Below, piece after piece: positions 42,578 to 50,852 of a stretch of DNA of 53,394 nt. Where the stretch lies: contig JAOTWE010000001.1 in assembly GCA_029863065.1 (NCBI GenBank), positions 1-53,394 of the forward strand, in the 5' to 3' direction. The notes beneath the pieces were generated by a model. The model had not been told where the DNA came from, ran no database searches, and worked only from the letters and a program-made list of their open reading frames with translations. Position 1 is the first letter of the stretch; every line of letters begins with the position of its first letter. A program made the position numbers and the translations under genes. Origin of the DNA: Betaproteobacteria bacterium. GTDB lineage: Bacteria > Pseudomonadota > Gammaproteobacteria > Burkholderiales > SG8-39.

Positions 42578-44163
42578 CGCAGCTCCTCCTGCATGACGAT
42601 CGACCCGGTCGGGCATTCGCGTACGCACAGGCCGCAGCCCTTGCAATAGTCCCCGGCAATGGCGTAACCGCCGTTCACCCGCCGCACCGCCATGTCGGGG
42701 CAGTAGTCGAAACAGTTGTCGCAGAAGGTGCACTCGCCGCAGGAAAAGCAGCGCGCGGCTTCCGCGAGCGCCTGCGCCACATCCTCGGCGGCCTCGCGGC
42801 CGCCGGCAATGCGCGGCGCCCCCGGGTGGTAGAAGGTGTTGATGGCGCCAAAGGGCACCGGCAGCGGCAAAGCCGCCGCCGCCGCTTGCTCGCGCCGCAT
42901 CCAGCGGTCGATCTCGAGCGCGGCGCGCTTCCCCATGCCGATCGCCTGCGTGACGAAGCGCTGCAGGCTCGCCGCGTCGCCGCCGGCGAACACGCCTTCG
43001 CTGCTGGTCGCGCCGTGCGCGTCGGTCCAGAGGAGCGTGCCCGCGGCGCGCAGCAGCGCGCGCAGCGGCGCGAGCTGCGGGTCCTGCCCGATCGCCGGGA
43101 TGACCGCGTCGGCGTGGAGACAGAACGCGATGCCCGGCACGACATCGACCTGGCCGTCATGGAATTTCACGCGCACGCAGTCCAGGCGCACTCGCGCGCC
43201 GGCGCGCGCCGCCGAGCGCAGCATCGCGCCATCGAGCAGCCGCACGCCTTCGTCTTTCGCCTCGAGCACCTCCTCGCGCTGCGCCGGCATCTGCGCCTCG
43301 GCCTCGAGCGACACGACGACCACCTCGTGGCCGGCGCGGCGCGCGGTGCGCGCGACGTCCATGGCGGCGCTGCCGCCGCCGATCACCACCACGCGCTTGC
43401 CGAGCGCGGGCGTCTTGCCGGCGTTCGCCTGCGCGAGAAAGGCCGCGCCGTCCACCACCCACGGCTGGGCGTAATCGAGCTGCGCCAGGTGCTTCGGCGC
43501 GCGCGCGCCGAGCGCGAGATACACCGCATCGAAGGTTTCGCGCAGCCGCGCGAACTGTGCCTCGGTGGTGAACGCGACCCCCAGGCGCACGTCGACGCCG
43601 AGCGCGAGGATGCGCTCGATCTCGCCGTCGAGCACCTCGCGCGGCAGGCGGTAAGGCGGAATGCCGTCGCGCAGCAGGCCGCCGAGCTGGCGTTGCGCTT
43701 CGAACAGCGTCACCGCGTAGCCGCGGCGGCGCAGCTGGTAGGCGGCCGACAGGCCCGACGGACCGCCGCCGACGATCGCTACGTGCCGCGCGCCCGCCGG
43801 CGCTTGCGGGTAGCGCCAACCCGCGGCGAGCGCGCGCTCGCCGATGTGGCGCTCGAGCGCGCAGATGGCGAGCGCGCTGTCGTAGCCGGCGCGGTTGCAC
43901 GCCGGCTCGCAAGGGTGGTGGCAGACCCGCCCAGCCACCGCGGGAAAGGGATTGTGCTCAACGAGTGTCGTCCATGCGCCATGCCAGTCTCCTGCCTTGG
44001 CCTGCTGCATCCAATGTGCGATGTCGCCGTTCACCGGGCAGGCCAGTTGGCACGGCGAAGGCGTTTTCCGGTACGCCGGCAGCGCGGCGCGCCAGGTGCC
44101 GGTCTTGATCGCCTCGGTGGTGCCGGTCGTCCAGGTGGTCGGCGGCAGCGCGGGCGAATTCAT
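42574..44163 (-). CDS. GltD/NfnB/SudA-like FAD- and NAD(P)H-binding iron-sulfur protein fused to a 2x[4Fe-4S] delta-type ferredoxin domain
   Basis: The ATG at 44163 starts the ORF with an ATGA overlap. N-terminal Cys clusters: CQLACPVNGDI and RVCHHPCEPACN. Two dinucleotide sites: VAIVGGGPSGLSAAYQL and VVVIGGGSAAMD. The C-terminus is CFSCGECTFCDNCFDYCP...YCKGCGLCVRECP. Confidence 0.85.
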   Translation of the reverse strand: MNSPALPPTTWTTGTTEAIKTGTWRAALPAYRKTPSPCQLACPVNGDIAHWMQQAKAGDWHGAWTTLVEHNPFPAVAGRVCHHPCEPACNRAGYDSALAICALERHIGERALAAGWRYPQAPAGARHVAIVGGGPSGLSAAYQLRRRGYAVTLFEAQRQLGGLLRDGIPPYRLPREVLDGEIERILALGVDVRLGVAFTTEAQFARLRETFDAVYLALGARAPKHLAQLDYAQPWVVDGAAFLAQANAGKTPALGKRVVVIGGGSAAMDVARTARRAGHEVVVVSLEAEAQMPAQREEVLEAKDEGVRLLDGAMLRSAARAGARVRLDCVRVKFHDGQVDVVPGIAFCLHADAVIPAIGQDPQLAPLRALLRAAGTLLWTDAHGATSSEGVFAGGDAASLQRFVTQAIGMGKRAALEIDRWMRREQAAAAALPLPVPFGAINTFYHPGAPRIAGGREAAEDVAQALAEAARCFSCGECTFCDNCFDYCPDMAVRRVNGGYAIAGDYCKGCGLCVRECPTGSIVMQEELR

Positions 44164-44717
44164 GCCGCTGCCTTGCGCAGCTGCGAGTCGATGCGGCCGT
44201 AGCCGTCGACGCAGGCGGCCGCGTTTTCGCGCCCGTTCTTCGGCGTCTCGGCGGCGATCGTCGCGGTCAGCGTCGCCAGCGCGGGCCCACCGACCGCGCA
44301 CGCCAGGGCGCCGAGCAGCGCCGAGTTGACGATGCGCCCGAGGCCGTTGCGCTGCGCGATCTCGAGCCCGTCGACCGGCAGCGTGCGGTAGCCGGGGAGC
44401 GCCTGCGCAAAATGCTCCGGCGGCCGGCGCGAATTCACCACGATGAGCGTGCGCGGGCCGGCGGTAGCGAGGAACTTTCCTTCCAGGAGGCTCGCGTCGA
44501 AGCAAAGGAGCGCGTCGGCCTGCTCGATGTCGCAGCGCAGGCGAATCGGCTTGTCGTCGACGCGGATGAACGAGCTCACCGGCGTGCCGCGCCGCGCGCC
44601 GCCGTAGGACGAGAAGCTCTGCACCTCGCGGCCTTCGGCGAAGAACGCCGTGGCCAGCAGCGTCCCCGCCAGCTGCGCCCCTTGGCCGCCCCGTCCCTGG
44701 ATGATGATCTGCAGCAT
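44160..44717 (-). CDS. 2-oxoacid:ferredoxin oxidoreductase gamma subunit
   Basis: 185 aa. MLQIIIQGRGGQGAQLAGTLLA is the gamma-subunit hallmark. Confidence 0.9.
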   Translation of the reverse strand: MLQIIIQGRGGQGAQLAGTLLATAFFAEGREVQSFSSYGGARRGTPVSSFIRVDDKPIRLRCDIEQADALLCFDASLLEGKFLATAGPRTLIVVNSRRPPEHFAQALPGYRTLPVDGLEIAQRNGLGRIVNSALLGALACAVGGPALATLTATIAAETPKNGRENAAACVDGYGRIDSQLRKAAA

Positions 44718-44803
44718 CCGAGCGGCCCAGCATGCGCGCCCGGGAGGGGGGTGGTTTGAGGCTGATCAAGGAAAGTGCGCGGCTCGGCGAGCCCAGCGCG
44801 CCT

Positions 44804-45901
44804 TCAGCGCGCCTGCCAACCCAGGCTCTTGAGGTGCAGGTTCTGCACGTAGATCCGGTCCGCGGTTTCGGTGACGCCGGTGGTCTGCGCGTAAACGCCG
44901 GTCGGGTCCTGCAGGTCGGCCACCACCCGACCGTCTTCGGCGAAGGCCATCACATGCCCGTAGGCCTTGGGCAGCGGCCACAGCGAGCGCGGCAGGCGCA
45001 GCGTGAGCCGGCGCAGGAACGGCTTGTCGGCCATCGCATCGACGTCCGCGCTGCGCGGCCCGGAAAAGCCCAACCAGATCTTGTCGTGCAGCCCGCGCAT
45101 CAGGTTGTCGGGGTAGCCGGGCAGGTTGTCGAGCAGCACGGTGGCCTGGGGCGAGTCTCGCGCGAGGTCCAGCTTGTCGGCCGCCACGGCGATCTTCCAC
45201 ACACGGTACTTGCCAGTCTCGGCAACGAACAGGGTCTGCTCGTCGCGGCTCAGGGCCACGCCATTGGCGAAGCTCAAGCCTTTGGCGACGATGCGGGTGG
45301 TCTTGGTGGCAGGGGCGTACTCGAGGATGCGCCCGGTCGACGATTGTTCGATGATGTCCAGGACCGCGGCCTCATAAGTGCCGCCCCACTCGGCGGGCGC
45401 AAAGCGGCCGGATGCATCGCTGAAATAGACCTTGCCGTTGCTCGCCACCACTACCGCGTCGGCATAGCGGATCGGGTCGCCGTCCACGTTGTCGGCCAGC
45501 ACCGTAACCTTGCGATCCGGGCCGATGGCCAGCAGGCCCTTGATGGCGTCGGCGGCGATCAGGCGGCCGGCGGCGTCGAAATCGAAACCCAGCACGCGCC
45601 CGCCTGTGTTGGCGAACACCTCCTGCGCCGTGCCATCGGGGTTCATGCGCAGGATGTTGCCGCTGGCCACCGCGGCGTAGAGCTTGCCATCGCGGGCCAA
45701 TACGATGTGCTCCGGCCCTTCTTCGGCGCCCAGCGAGACTATCTGCAGCCCTGCCAGCTTGTGGTTCACGGCATGCACTCCGGTGTAGCCGGGTGCGGCG
45801 GGCGCGTTCCAACTGACCGGCCGTATCGGCACCGGCCACAGGCTCAGGTAGGCGGCCAGGGCCAGCACGAGCAGCGCCAAGGCCAAGGCGGTCCCTTTCA
45901 T
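44804..45901 (-). CDS. strictosidine-synthase-like / SMP-30-type six-bladed beta-propeller protein, N-terminally anchored
   Basis: 365 aa. Signal/anchor: MKGTALALALLVLALAAYL. GPEHIVLARDGKLY, GRVLGFDFDAAGRLI and YFSDAS resemble the SSL family. Confidence 0.75.
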   Translation of the reverse strand: MKGTALALALLVLALAAYLSLWPVPIRPVSWNAPAAPGYTGVHAVNHKLAGLQIVSLGAEEGPEHIVLARDGKLYAAVASGNILRMNPDGTAQEVFANTGGRVLGFDFDAAGRLIAADAIKGLLAIGPDRKVTVLADNVDGDPIRYADAVVVASNGKVYFSDASGRFAPAEWGGTYEAAVLDIIEQSSTGRILEYAPATKTTRIVAKGLSFANGVALSRDEQTLFVAETGKYRVWKIAVAADKLDLARDSPQATVLLDNLPGYPDNLMRGLHDKIWLGFSGPRSADVDAMADKPFLRRLTLRLPRSLWPLPKAYGHVMAFAEDGRVVADLQDPTGVYAQTTGVTETADRIYVQNLHLKSLGWQAR

Positions 45902-45908
45902 CCAATGC

Positions 45909-46547
45909 TCACTCCGGAAACAGCACGTCGAAGAGCACCTTGGTCTTGGGTGTCAGATATTCGGGCTTCGGGCGAAGGAGCTCGGCCTCGGGGACCAGCA
46001 CCTTGATATACACCGCTTCGTATACGCGTTTCACGACCCCCGGGGCGACCATCGCCCGATCGGACCCGGGGAGAATCCCGACGAGCCGAAAGCCGGCGGT
46101 TTCCGCGACCGCCTGCATGTGCGGGCTGCGCAAGGTTGTGATGTAGTAAATCACTTCCATTCCCAGCGCTCGGCCCATTGTTTCCAAGGCCAGGGGAGCG
46201 AGGTTCGCCAGCTTTGCGCCGCGATGCTTCGGGGCCAGCACACCCAACCCGCAGTACAGCGTGAGATTGTGCTGGTCACGTTCGAGAGAAAGCATGCCGG
46301 CCAGCTCCGGATCTTTCCTGAGCAGGATCACCATCACTTCCTTCTCGGACTCCCCCTCGAGAAACACCTGGCGGAGGTAGAAATCCTCCTGCAAATAACA
46401 GCCCACGGCACCCACGATGATGTCCGGGTACCATTCTTTGACGCAGCCGATGAGCTCAGGAACGTCCGCGCGCCGCAGCTGTTCCAGCCGATAGCCTTGC
46501 GGAAGCGGCCAGTTCGCCAACAGGCCTTTAACTCCGGTCCAATTCAT
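45909..46547 (-). CDS. GNAT-like acetyltransferase (tentative)
   Basis: The ATG at 46547 starts the ORF. GVLAPKHRGAKLA fits the acyl-CoA-binding R/QxxGxA motif. Otherwise it is divergent. Confidence 0.5.
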   Translation of the reverse strand: MNWTGVKGLLANWPLPQGYRLEQLRRADVPELIGCVKEWYPDIIVGAVGCYLQEDFYLRQVFLEGESEKEVMVILLRKDPELAGMLSLERDQHNLTLYCGLGVLAPKHRGAKLANLAPLALETMGRALGMEVIYYITTLRSPHMQAVAETAGFRLVGILPGSDRAMVAPGVVKRVYEAVYIKVLVPEAELLRPKPEYLTPKTKVLFDVLFPE

Positions 46548-46599
46548 TCGAGCACCCTGACGTCGCTCTTCAGCCGGGACGGCATGCGAGATTTCTGAC

Positions 46600-47247
46600 C
46601 TACCGAAGCGAGGCCTCGGTTTTGACAACGCTGGGTCTCACGCCGACCGCCCTCCACCAGTTTGCAAGACGCGGGAGGGTTGGTGCCACCGCCTCACCCT
46701 CCGGGGTCTGGAGAAAGTACGCCCACATCGGCGCGAGGTACAGATCCGCCAACGTCACGGCCCCACCGATCAGGAACGGAGATCCTTCGACGAGCTGCTC
46801 GAGCACCCCTAATCCCTTGCGCAGGCGGCGCATGCCGATGTCGACGGCGCTCTGGTCCGCGGGTTGCCCAAGCACGGGCTTGATCAGCCTTTCGAAGAGA
46901 ATCTGACCGACCATCGGCGCGTAGATGTACGAAACCACGACCCCGATGACCTGGAGCATTCGGGCGCGTGCGGAAGCGTCCTTGGGCTGGAGTGGCGCAC
47001 CGGGGAACGCGCGATCGATGTAGTCGGTAATCGCACCGGTCTCGTAGAGCCTCAAGTCCCCGTGCTCGAGAACGGGAACTTTGCCGAACGGGTGACGGGA
47101 AAGGTGCTCGGGGGTCCTGTTTGCGCCTCGCAGGAAATCGACTTCGACGAGCCTGTAGGCGACGCCCTTCTCTTCCAACGTAAGCCGCGCTGTCCGGGTG
47201 TAGGTGCTGTACGCCGGACCGTACAGGATCAGGTCGCTTCCTGTCAC
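46600..47247 (-). CDS. glutathione S-transferase
   Basis: GTG start. Thioredoxin-like N-domain: LILYGPAYSTYTRTARLTLEEKGVAYRLVEVD...FGKVPVLEHGDLRLYETGAI. Confidence 0.85.
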   Translation of the reverse strand: MTGSDLILYGPAYSTYTRTARLTLEEKGVAYRLVEVDFLRGANRTPEHLSRHPFGKVPVLEHGDLRLYETGAITDYIDRAFPGAPLQPKDASARARMLQVIGVVVSYIYAPMVGQILFERLIKPVLGQPADQSAVDIGMRRLRKGLGVLEQLVEGSPFLIGGAVTLADLYLAPMWAYFLQTPEGEAVAPTLPRLANWWRAVGVRPSVVKTEASLR

Positions 47248-47440
47248 GGCTGATCCCAGGGCAGCTGTGTCCGAGCGGTACGACGCTTGAAATGAGCGGC
47301 CGACGCCGGCTGGCGACGCGAGCCGGGGCCGACCTCGCGGAAGAACGGGCCAAGCGGCTGCACTCGGGGTCCTCCGGTTATCGCGATGGGGTTAACGTCG
47401 CCGTTCACCCGGCCGAGGCACTGGCCAGGAGCGTCGCGCC

Positions 47441-47749
47441 TTACGCCAACGCTTTCACCAAGCCCTCGCTCATCGCCATGGACTCTTGGATCGAAATTAT
47501 CGGAGCGGTCTTGGTGGATTTGAAGAACCCGCCTTCGGCCATACGCCACATATCAAGCGACTTGACTACGTCGGTCGCACTCTGCTGCTCGCAGATGACA
47601 ATGCCCCAACCGTCCGGAGTGATATCCCAACGTATGACTTCGACACCCTTGGGAGGAAACAATCCTGAAGACATTATCTTCTGAACGAATTTATGGCGAT
47701 CCCCCTCGGGCATATTCTCATTGAGCTCCCAATACGTCAGAAAAAGCAT
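47441..47749 (-). CDS. DUF3303-type small protein
   Basis: AGGAGG lies 5 nt upstream of the ATG at 47749. MLFLTYWELNENM...VIRWDITPDGWGIVI matches my memory of DUF3303. Confidence 0.65.
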   Translation of the reverse strand: MLFLTYWELNENMPEGDRHKFVQKIMSSGLFPPKGVEVIRWDITPDGWGIVICEQQSATDVVKSLDMWRMAEGGFFKSTKTAPIISIQESMAMSEGLVKALA

Positions 47750-47868
47750 TTTGGCCTCCTTTCATTGAGCGACTGGACCGGCTTTGGCAAACCGGCGCAT
47801 TTGCGGCATTTGCGCTCGCTACTCGAAGCGGATCACGAGCTGCCTGGAACCGGCATCGATGTGGCCGC

Positions 47869-48276
47869 CTAGAACTTCGGAACGCCTTCTTCCACAGTAA
47901 ATTGACGAGACACGCCGTTCTCAACGCCAGTGAGCAAGATCTCGTTTCGGTTCTTGCTATGGCGCTTAAACCGATAACTATCGGGGGCGCCAACTTCGGT
48001 CGTAACGCAGATCTGATCGTTGCCCTTCACTTGCCATGTACGTGGAAACCGCCCGCCCGCATCGGTAATAACTATCCCCCTTCCGTCAGGACGATAGTGC
48101 CCAACCCACCCGTGGCCTCTGAATGTCTTGTTGGAATAAAGAGCTCGCAGCTCCTCGGGGTCCTTGATGTCGACCCAGTCGCCCGAGCTCTGCGCCACGG
48201 CAGGTGTAGACAGTGCGCAGATCAATACGCCGGTCACAAACGCGAATTGCCGTTGCAGGCTGCTTTCGGTAGTCAT
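47869..48276 (-). CDS. exported hypothetical protein
   Basis: The ATG at 48276 has GGAGG 5 nt upstream. Signal peptide: FAFVTGVLICALSTPAVAQS. Confidence 0.6.
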   Translation of the reverse strand: MTTESSLQRQFAFVTGVLICALSTPAVAQSSGDWVDIKDPEELRALYSNKTFRGHGWVGHYRPDGRGIVITDAGGRFPRTWQVKGNDQICVTTEVGAPDSYRFKRHSKNRNEILLTGVENGVSRQFTVEEGVPKF

Positions 48277-48557
48277 ACCTGCCTCCAAATCGAGCGATGA
48301 CGGAAAGCAAACGCCGCCGCAGCGGGACACGAATGCGGAAATGACGCCGCGTGCGGCCTCGCTTGCTGCTTCGCAGGGAGGTACAGGCCTGTACCGAAAG
48401 GGCGGGCCCCGCGTGCCCGAAGCCGAACTTGCAGGCCGGTTTTTGAGAGCCGGCCCGTTGCATCATTTCTCGAGCCTCGCCTAAGGCGAGCAAGGTCGCT
48501 CAAAATCCACCTACACCTTTCCGGTCAACGCGTATTGATCGTGGTCAAACCTTCGGA

Positions 48558-48577
48558 GGGGAGGGGGAGGGGTGGGG
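48558..48577 (+). other. canonical G-quadruplex motif G4-A-G5-A-G4-T-G4
   Basis: G-tracts at 48558-61, 48563-67, 48569-72 and 48574-77, separated by single-nucleotide loops. Read directly from the sequence. Confidence 0.7.
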
Positions 48578-48790
48578 AGAATCTTGATCCTCCCCGCATT
48601 GCCCAATTTTTCCGGCTCGATGCCGGTGCCGGCAATGCACCATACCCCTCCCGTTTGCTTTGACCTGCGCCCCCGGCAAAGCGTTCTCCGGGTCGCCACA
48701 ATTGAGCCCGGTCAACTCACGCCGGCCGGGGCGCGCTAATGTGGTTCATCATTGATCGGGCCGCGCCGGGTCGCGGCCGTACTCGCGAGA

Positions 48791-49981
48791 ATGGCCATGG
48801 ATACTTTCCTGTTTACCGGGGTGGTGGAACTTCCGTGGTGGGGCTACGCGCTCGCGGCCCTCGCGTTGACCCACATCACCATCGTCGCGGTCACGGTGTT
48901 CCTGCACCGCCACCAGGCGCACCGCGCGCTCGATCTGCATCCGGTCGTGAGCCATTTCTTCCGCTTCTGGCTGTGGCTGACGACGGGCATGGTGACCCGG
49001 GAATGGGTCGCCGTGCACCGCATGCACCACGCCAAGTGCGATACCGCCGAGGATCCGCACAGCCCGCGCTTCTTCGGCATCGCGCGGGTGCTGTTCGGCG
49101 GCGTGTTCCTGTACGTGAAGGCGGCACACGATCCGCATACCCTCGAGCGCTACGGCCAGGGCACGCCCGACGACTGGCTGGAGCGCCACCTCTACTCGAA
49201 GTACCAGAGCCTCGGCCTGATCCTGATGGGGCTGATCGACGTCCTCGTCTTCGGCCTCGGGCCGGGCCTGTTGATCGTGCTCGCGCAGATCGTGTGGATT
49301 CCGTTCTGGGCCGCCGGCGTCATCAACGGCATCGGCCACTACTGGGGCTATCGCCTCTGGTCGACGCCCGACTGGAGCACCAACATCGTGCCGTTCGGCC
49401 TCCTCATCGGCGGCGAGGAGCTGCACAACAACCACCACGCCTTCGCGACTTCGGCCAAGCTCTCGAACAAGTGGTACGAGTTCGATCTGGGCTGGGGCTA
49501 CATCCGCGCGCTCGAAATCCTGGGGCTGGCGAAGGTCAAGCACGTGGCGCCGACTCCGCATTTCACCGCCCCCAGGCCGGTGGTCGATCCGCAGACGCTG
49601 CAGGCCGTGATCACCAATCGCTACGACGTTCTGGCCAAGTACGCCCGCTCGCTTTGGCAGACCTACACCGAGGAAGTGAGGCTGCTGCAGCGCAGCCGGC
49701 CGCGCGATGCCGCGGCCCTGGAGACCGTGAAGCCCTTGCTCGATCGCGACGAGAAGATCCTGGACGAGGCCGAGCGCCGGCGGCTGGCCGAGACGCTGCC
49801 GAAGTCGCGCGCGCTCGAGACCGTGTATGCGATGCGGCACGAACTTTCTGCGCTGTGGGGGCGGTCCCTCGCGTCGCGGGACGAGCTGGTCGCGCAGCTC
49901 CAGGACTGGTGCCAGCGGGCGGAAGCGAGCGGCATCCGGTCGCTGGCGGAGTTCTCGCAGCGGCTGCGCTGCTACGCCTGA
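48791..49981 (+). CDS. membrane fatty acyl-CoA/acyl-lipid delta-9-type desaturase with C-terminal helical extension
   Basis: Three His boxes: HRHQAH, HRMHHAKCD, HNNHHAF. ATG at 48791 (or 48797). Confidence 0.9.
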   Translation: MAMDTFLFTGVVELPWWGYALAALALTHITIVAVTVFLHRHQAHRALDLHPVVSHFFRFWLWLTTGMVTREWVAVHRMHHAKCDTAEDPHSPRFFGIARVLFGGVFLYVKAAHDPHTLERYGQGTPDDWLERHLYSKYQSLGLILMGLIDVLVFGLGPGLLIVLAQIVWIPFWAAGVINGIGHYWGYRLWSTPDWSTNIVPFGLLIGGEELHNNHHAFATSAKLSNKWYEFDLGWGYIRALEILGLAKVKHVAPTPHFTAPRPVVDPQTLQAVITNRYDVLAKYARSLWQTYTEEVRLLQRSRPRDAAALETVKPLLDRDEKILDEAERRRLAETLPKSRALETVYAMRHELSALWGRSLASRDELVAQLQDWCQRAEASGIRSLAEFSQRLRCYA

Positions 49982-49990
49982 GGGCGGCGA

Positions 49991-50515
49991 CTAGCCGTCC
50001 GCTGGATTTCGCCGTTGGGCATTCATCCATCGTCCATCGGCAAGTACTACCGACGTTTCGACCTGTCGCGCGGGGATCGACCAGAATCTGCGCAGCAGAA
50101 AGTCCTTGTCGCGGTCCGGGACGACGGTGAATCCGTTGCGGCGATAGAACTCGATGGCCCAGGACGCGGCCGCCCAGGTACCAATCAGGACGGGCTTGCC
50201 CGTGAGACCCTCCACATGCCGCAGGAGCCCCGTGCCCACCCCCTGCCTCTGCGCGGTCGGGGCGACGTAGGCGTGGCGCACCAAAGCGACTTCCCCCTTG
50301 TCCTGAATCCCCATCACCCCTAGCAGTCGCCCGTCATCCTCCGCGACCCAGAATACGACGCCGTCCGCAATCTCTCCGTTCAGTTCATCGGGCGGCATAT
50401 AGGGATCGCGCCACCGGTCGGCCGGTATCACGCCTCGATAAGCCTGGGCCGCCTCGTTGACGATTGCCAGCATCGCTGCCAAATCCGCGTCCCGGCTCTT
50501 TCGAATTTGCATCAT
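49991..50515 (-). CDS. GNAT family N-acetyltransferase
   Basis: VAPTAQRQGVGTGLL provides the Q/RxxGxG acetyl-CoA motif. About 174 aa. Confidence 0.85.
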   Translation of the reverse strand: MMQIRKSRDADLAAMLAIVNEAAQAYRGVIPADRWRDPYMPPDELNGEIADGVVFWVAEDDGRLLGVMGIQDKGEVALVRHAYVAPTAQRQGVGTGLLRHVEGLTGKPVLIGTWAAASWAIEFYRRNGFTVVPDRDKDFLLRRFWSIPARQVETSVVLADGRWMNAQRRNPADG

Positions 50516-50580
50516 TGGCCTTCGATGGTATTCGAGCACGTTTGACCGAGTTGCAGGGTGAGCGTAGCGTCGGCCGTACG

Positions 50581-50811
50581 ATGCAACGCGCTCTAGCCGG
50601 CCGTATCGTCGCGCTCCTTGTCCTTGTGGCCCTTCCCGCGGTCGCGGGCGCGCATGGCGGCGAGCGCCTGGATTCGTACGGCTGCCACAAGAACCGCGGC
50701 GCGGGCGGCTACCACTGCCACAAGGGGCAGTTCGCGGGCAAGTCGTTCATGTCCAAGCAAGAGATGCTGAAGGAGCGTGCCCGGCGCAAGTTCGGGCCCG
50801 GCAAGCCGTAG
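50581..50811 (+). CDS. YHYH-domain-like small secreted protein
   Basis: The ATG at 50581 starts the ORF. A signal peptide is followed by HGGERLDSYGCHKNRGAGGYHCHKG, which fits the YHYH-type motif. Confidence 0.7.
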   Translation: MQRALAGRIVALLVLVALPAVAGAHGGERLDSYGCHKNRGAGGYHCHKGQFAGKSFMSKQEMLKERARRKFGPGKP

Positions 50812-50852
50812 CAGCAGTGCGCATCTGGGTCGACGCCGTCGACCCCTGACCC

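Noticed and set aside
48511-48699. The 62-aa minus-strand ORF containing PTPPPPLRRF.
   Set aside because: Its proline run is simply the complement of the G-quadruplex motif. It has no RBS and no family resemblance.
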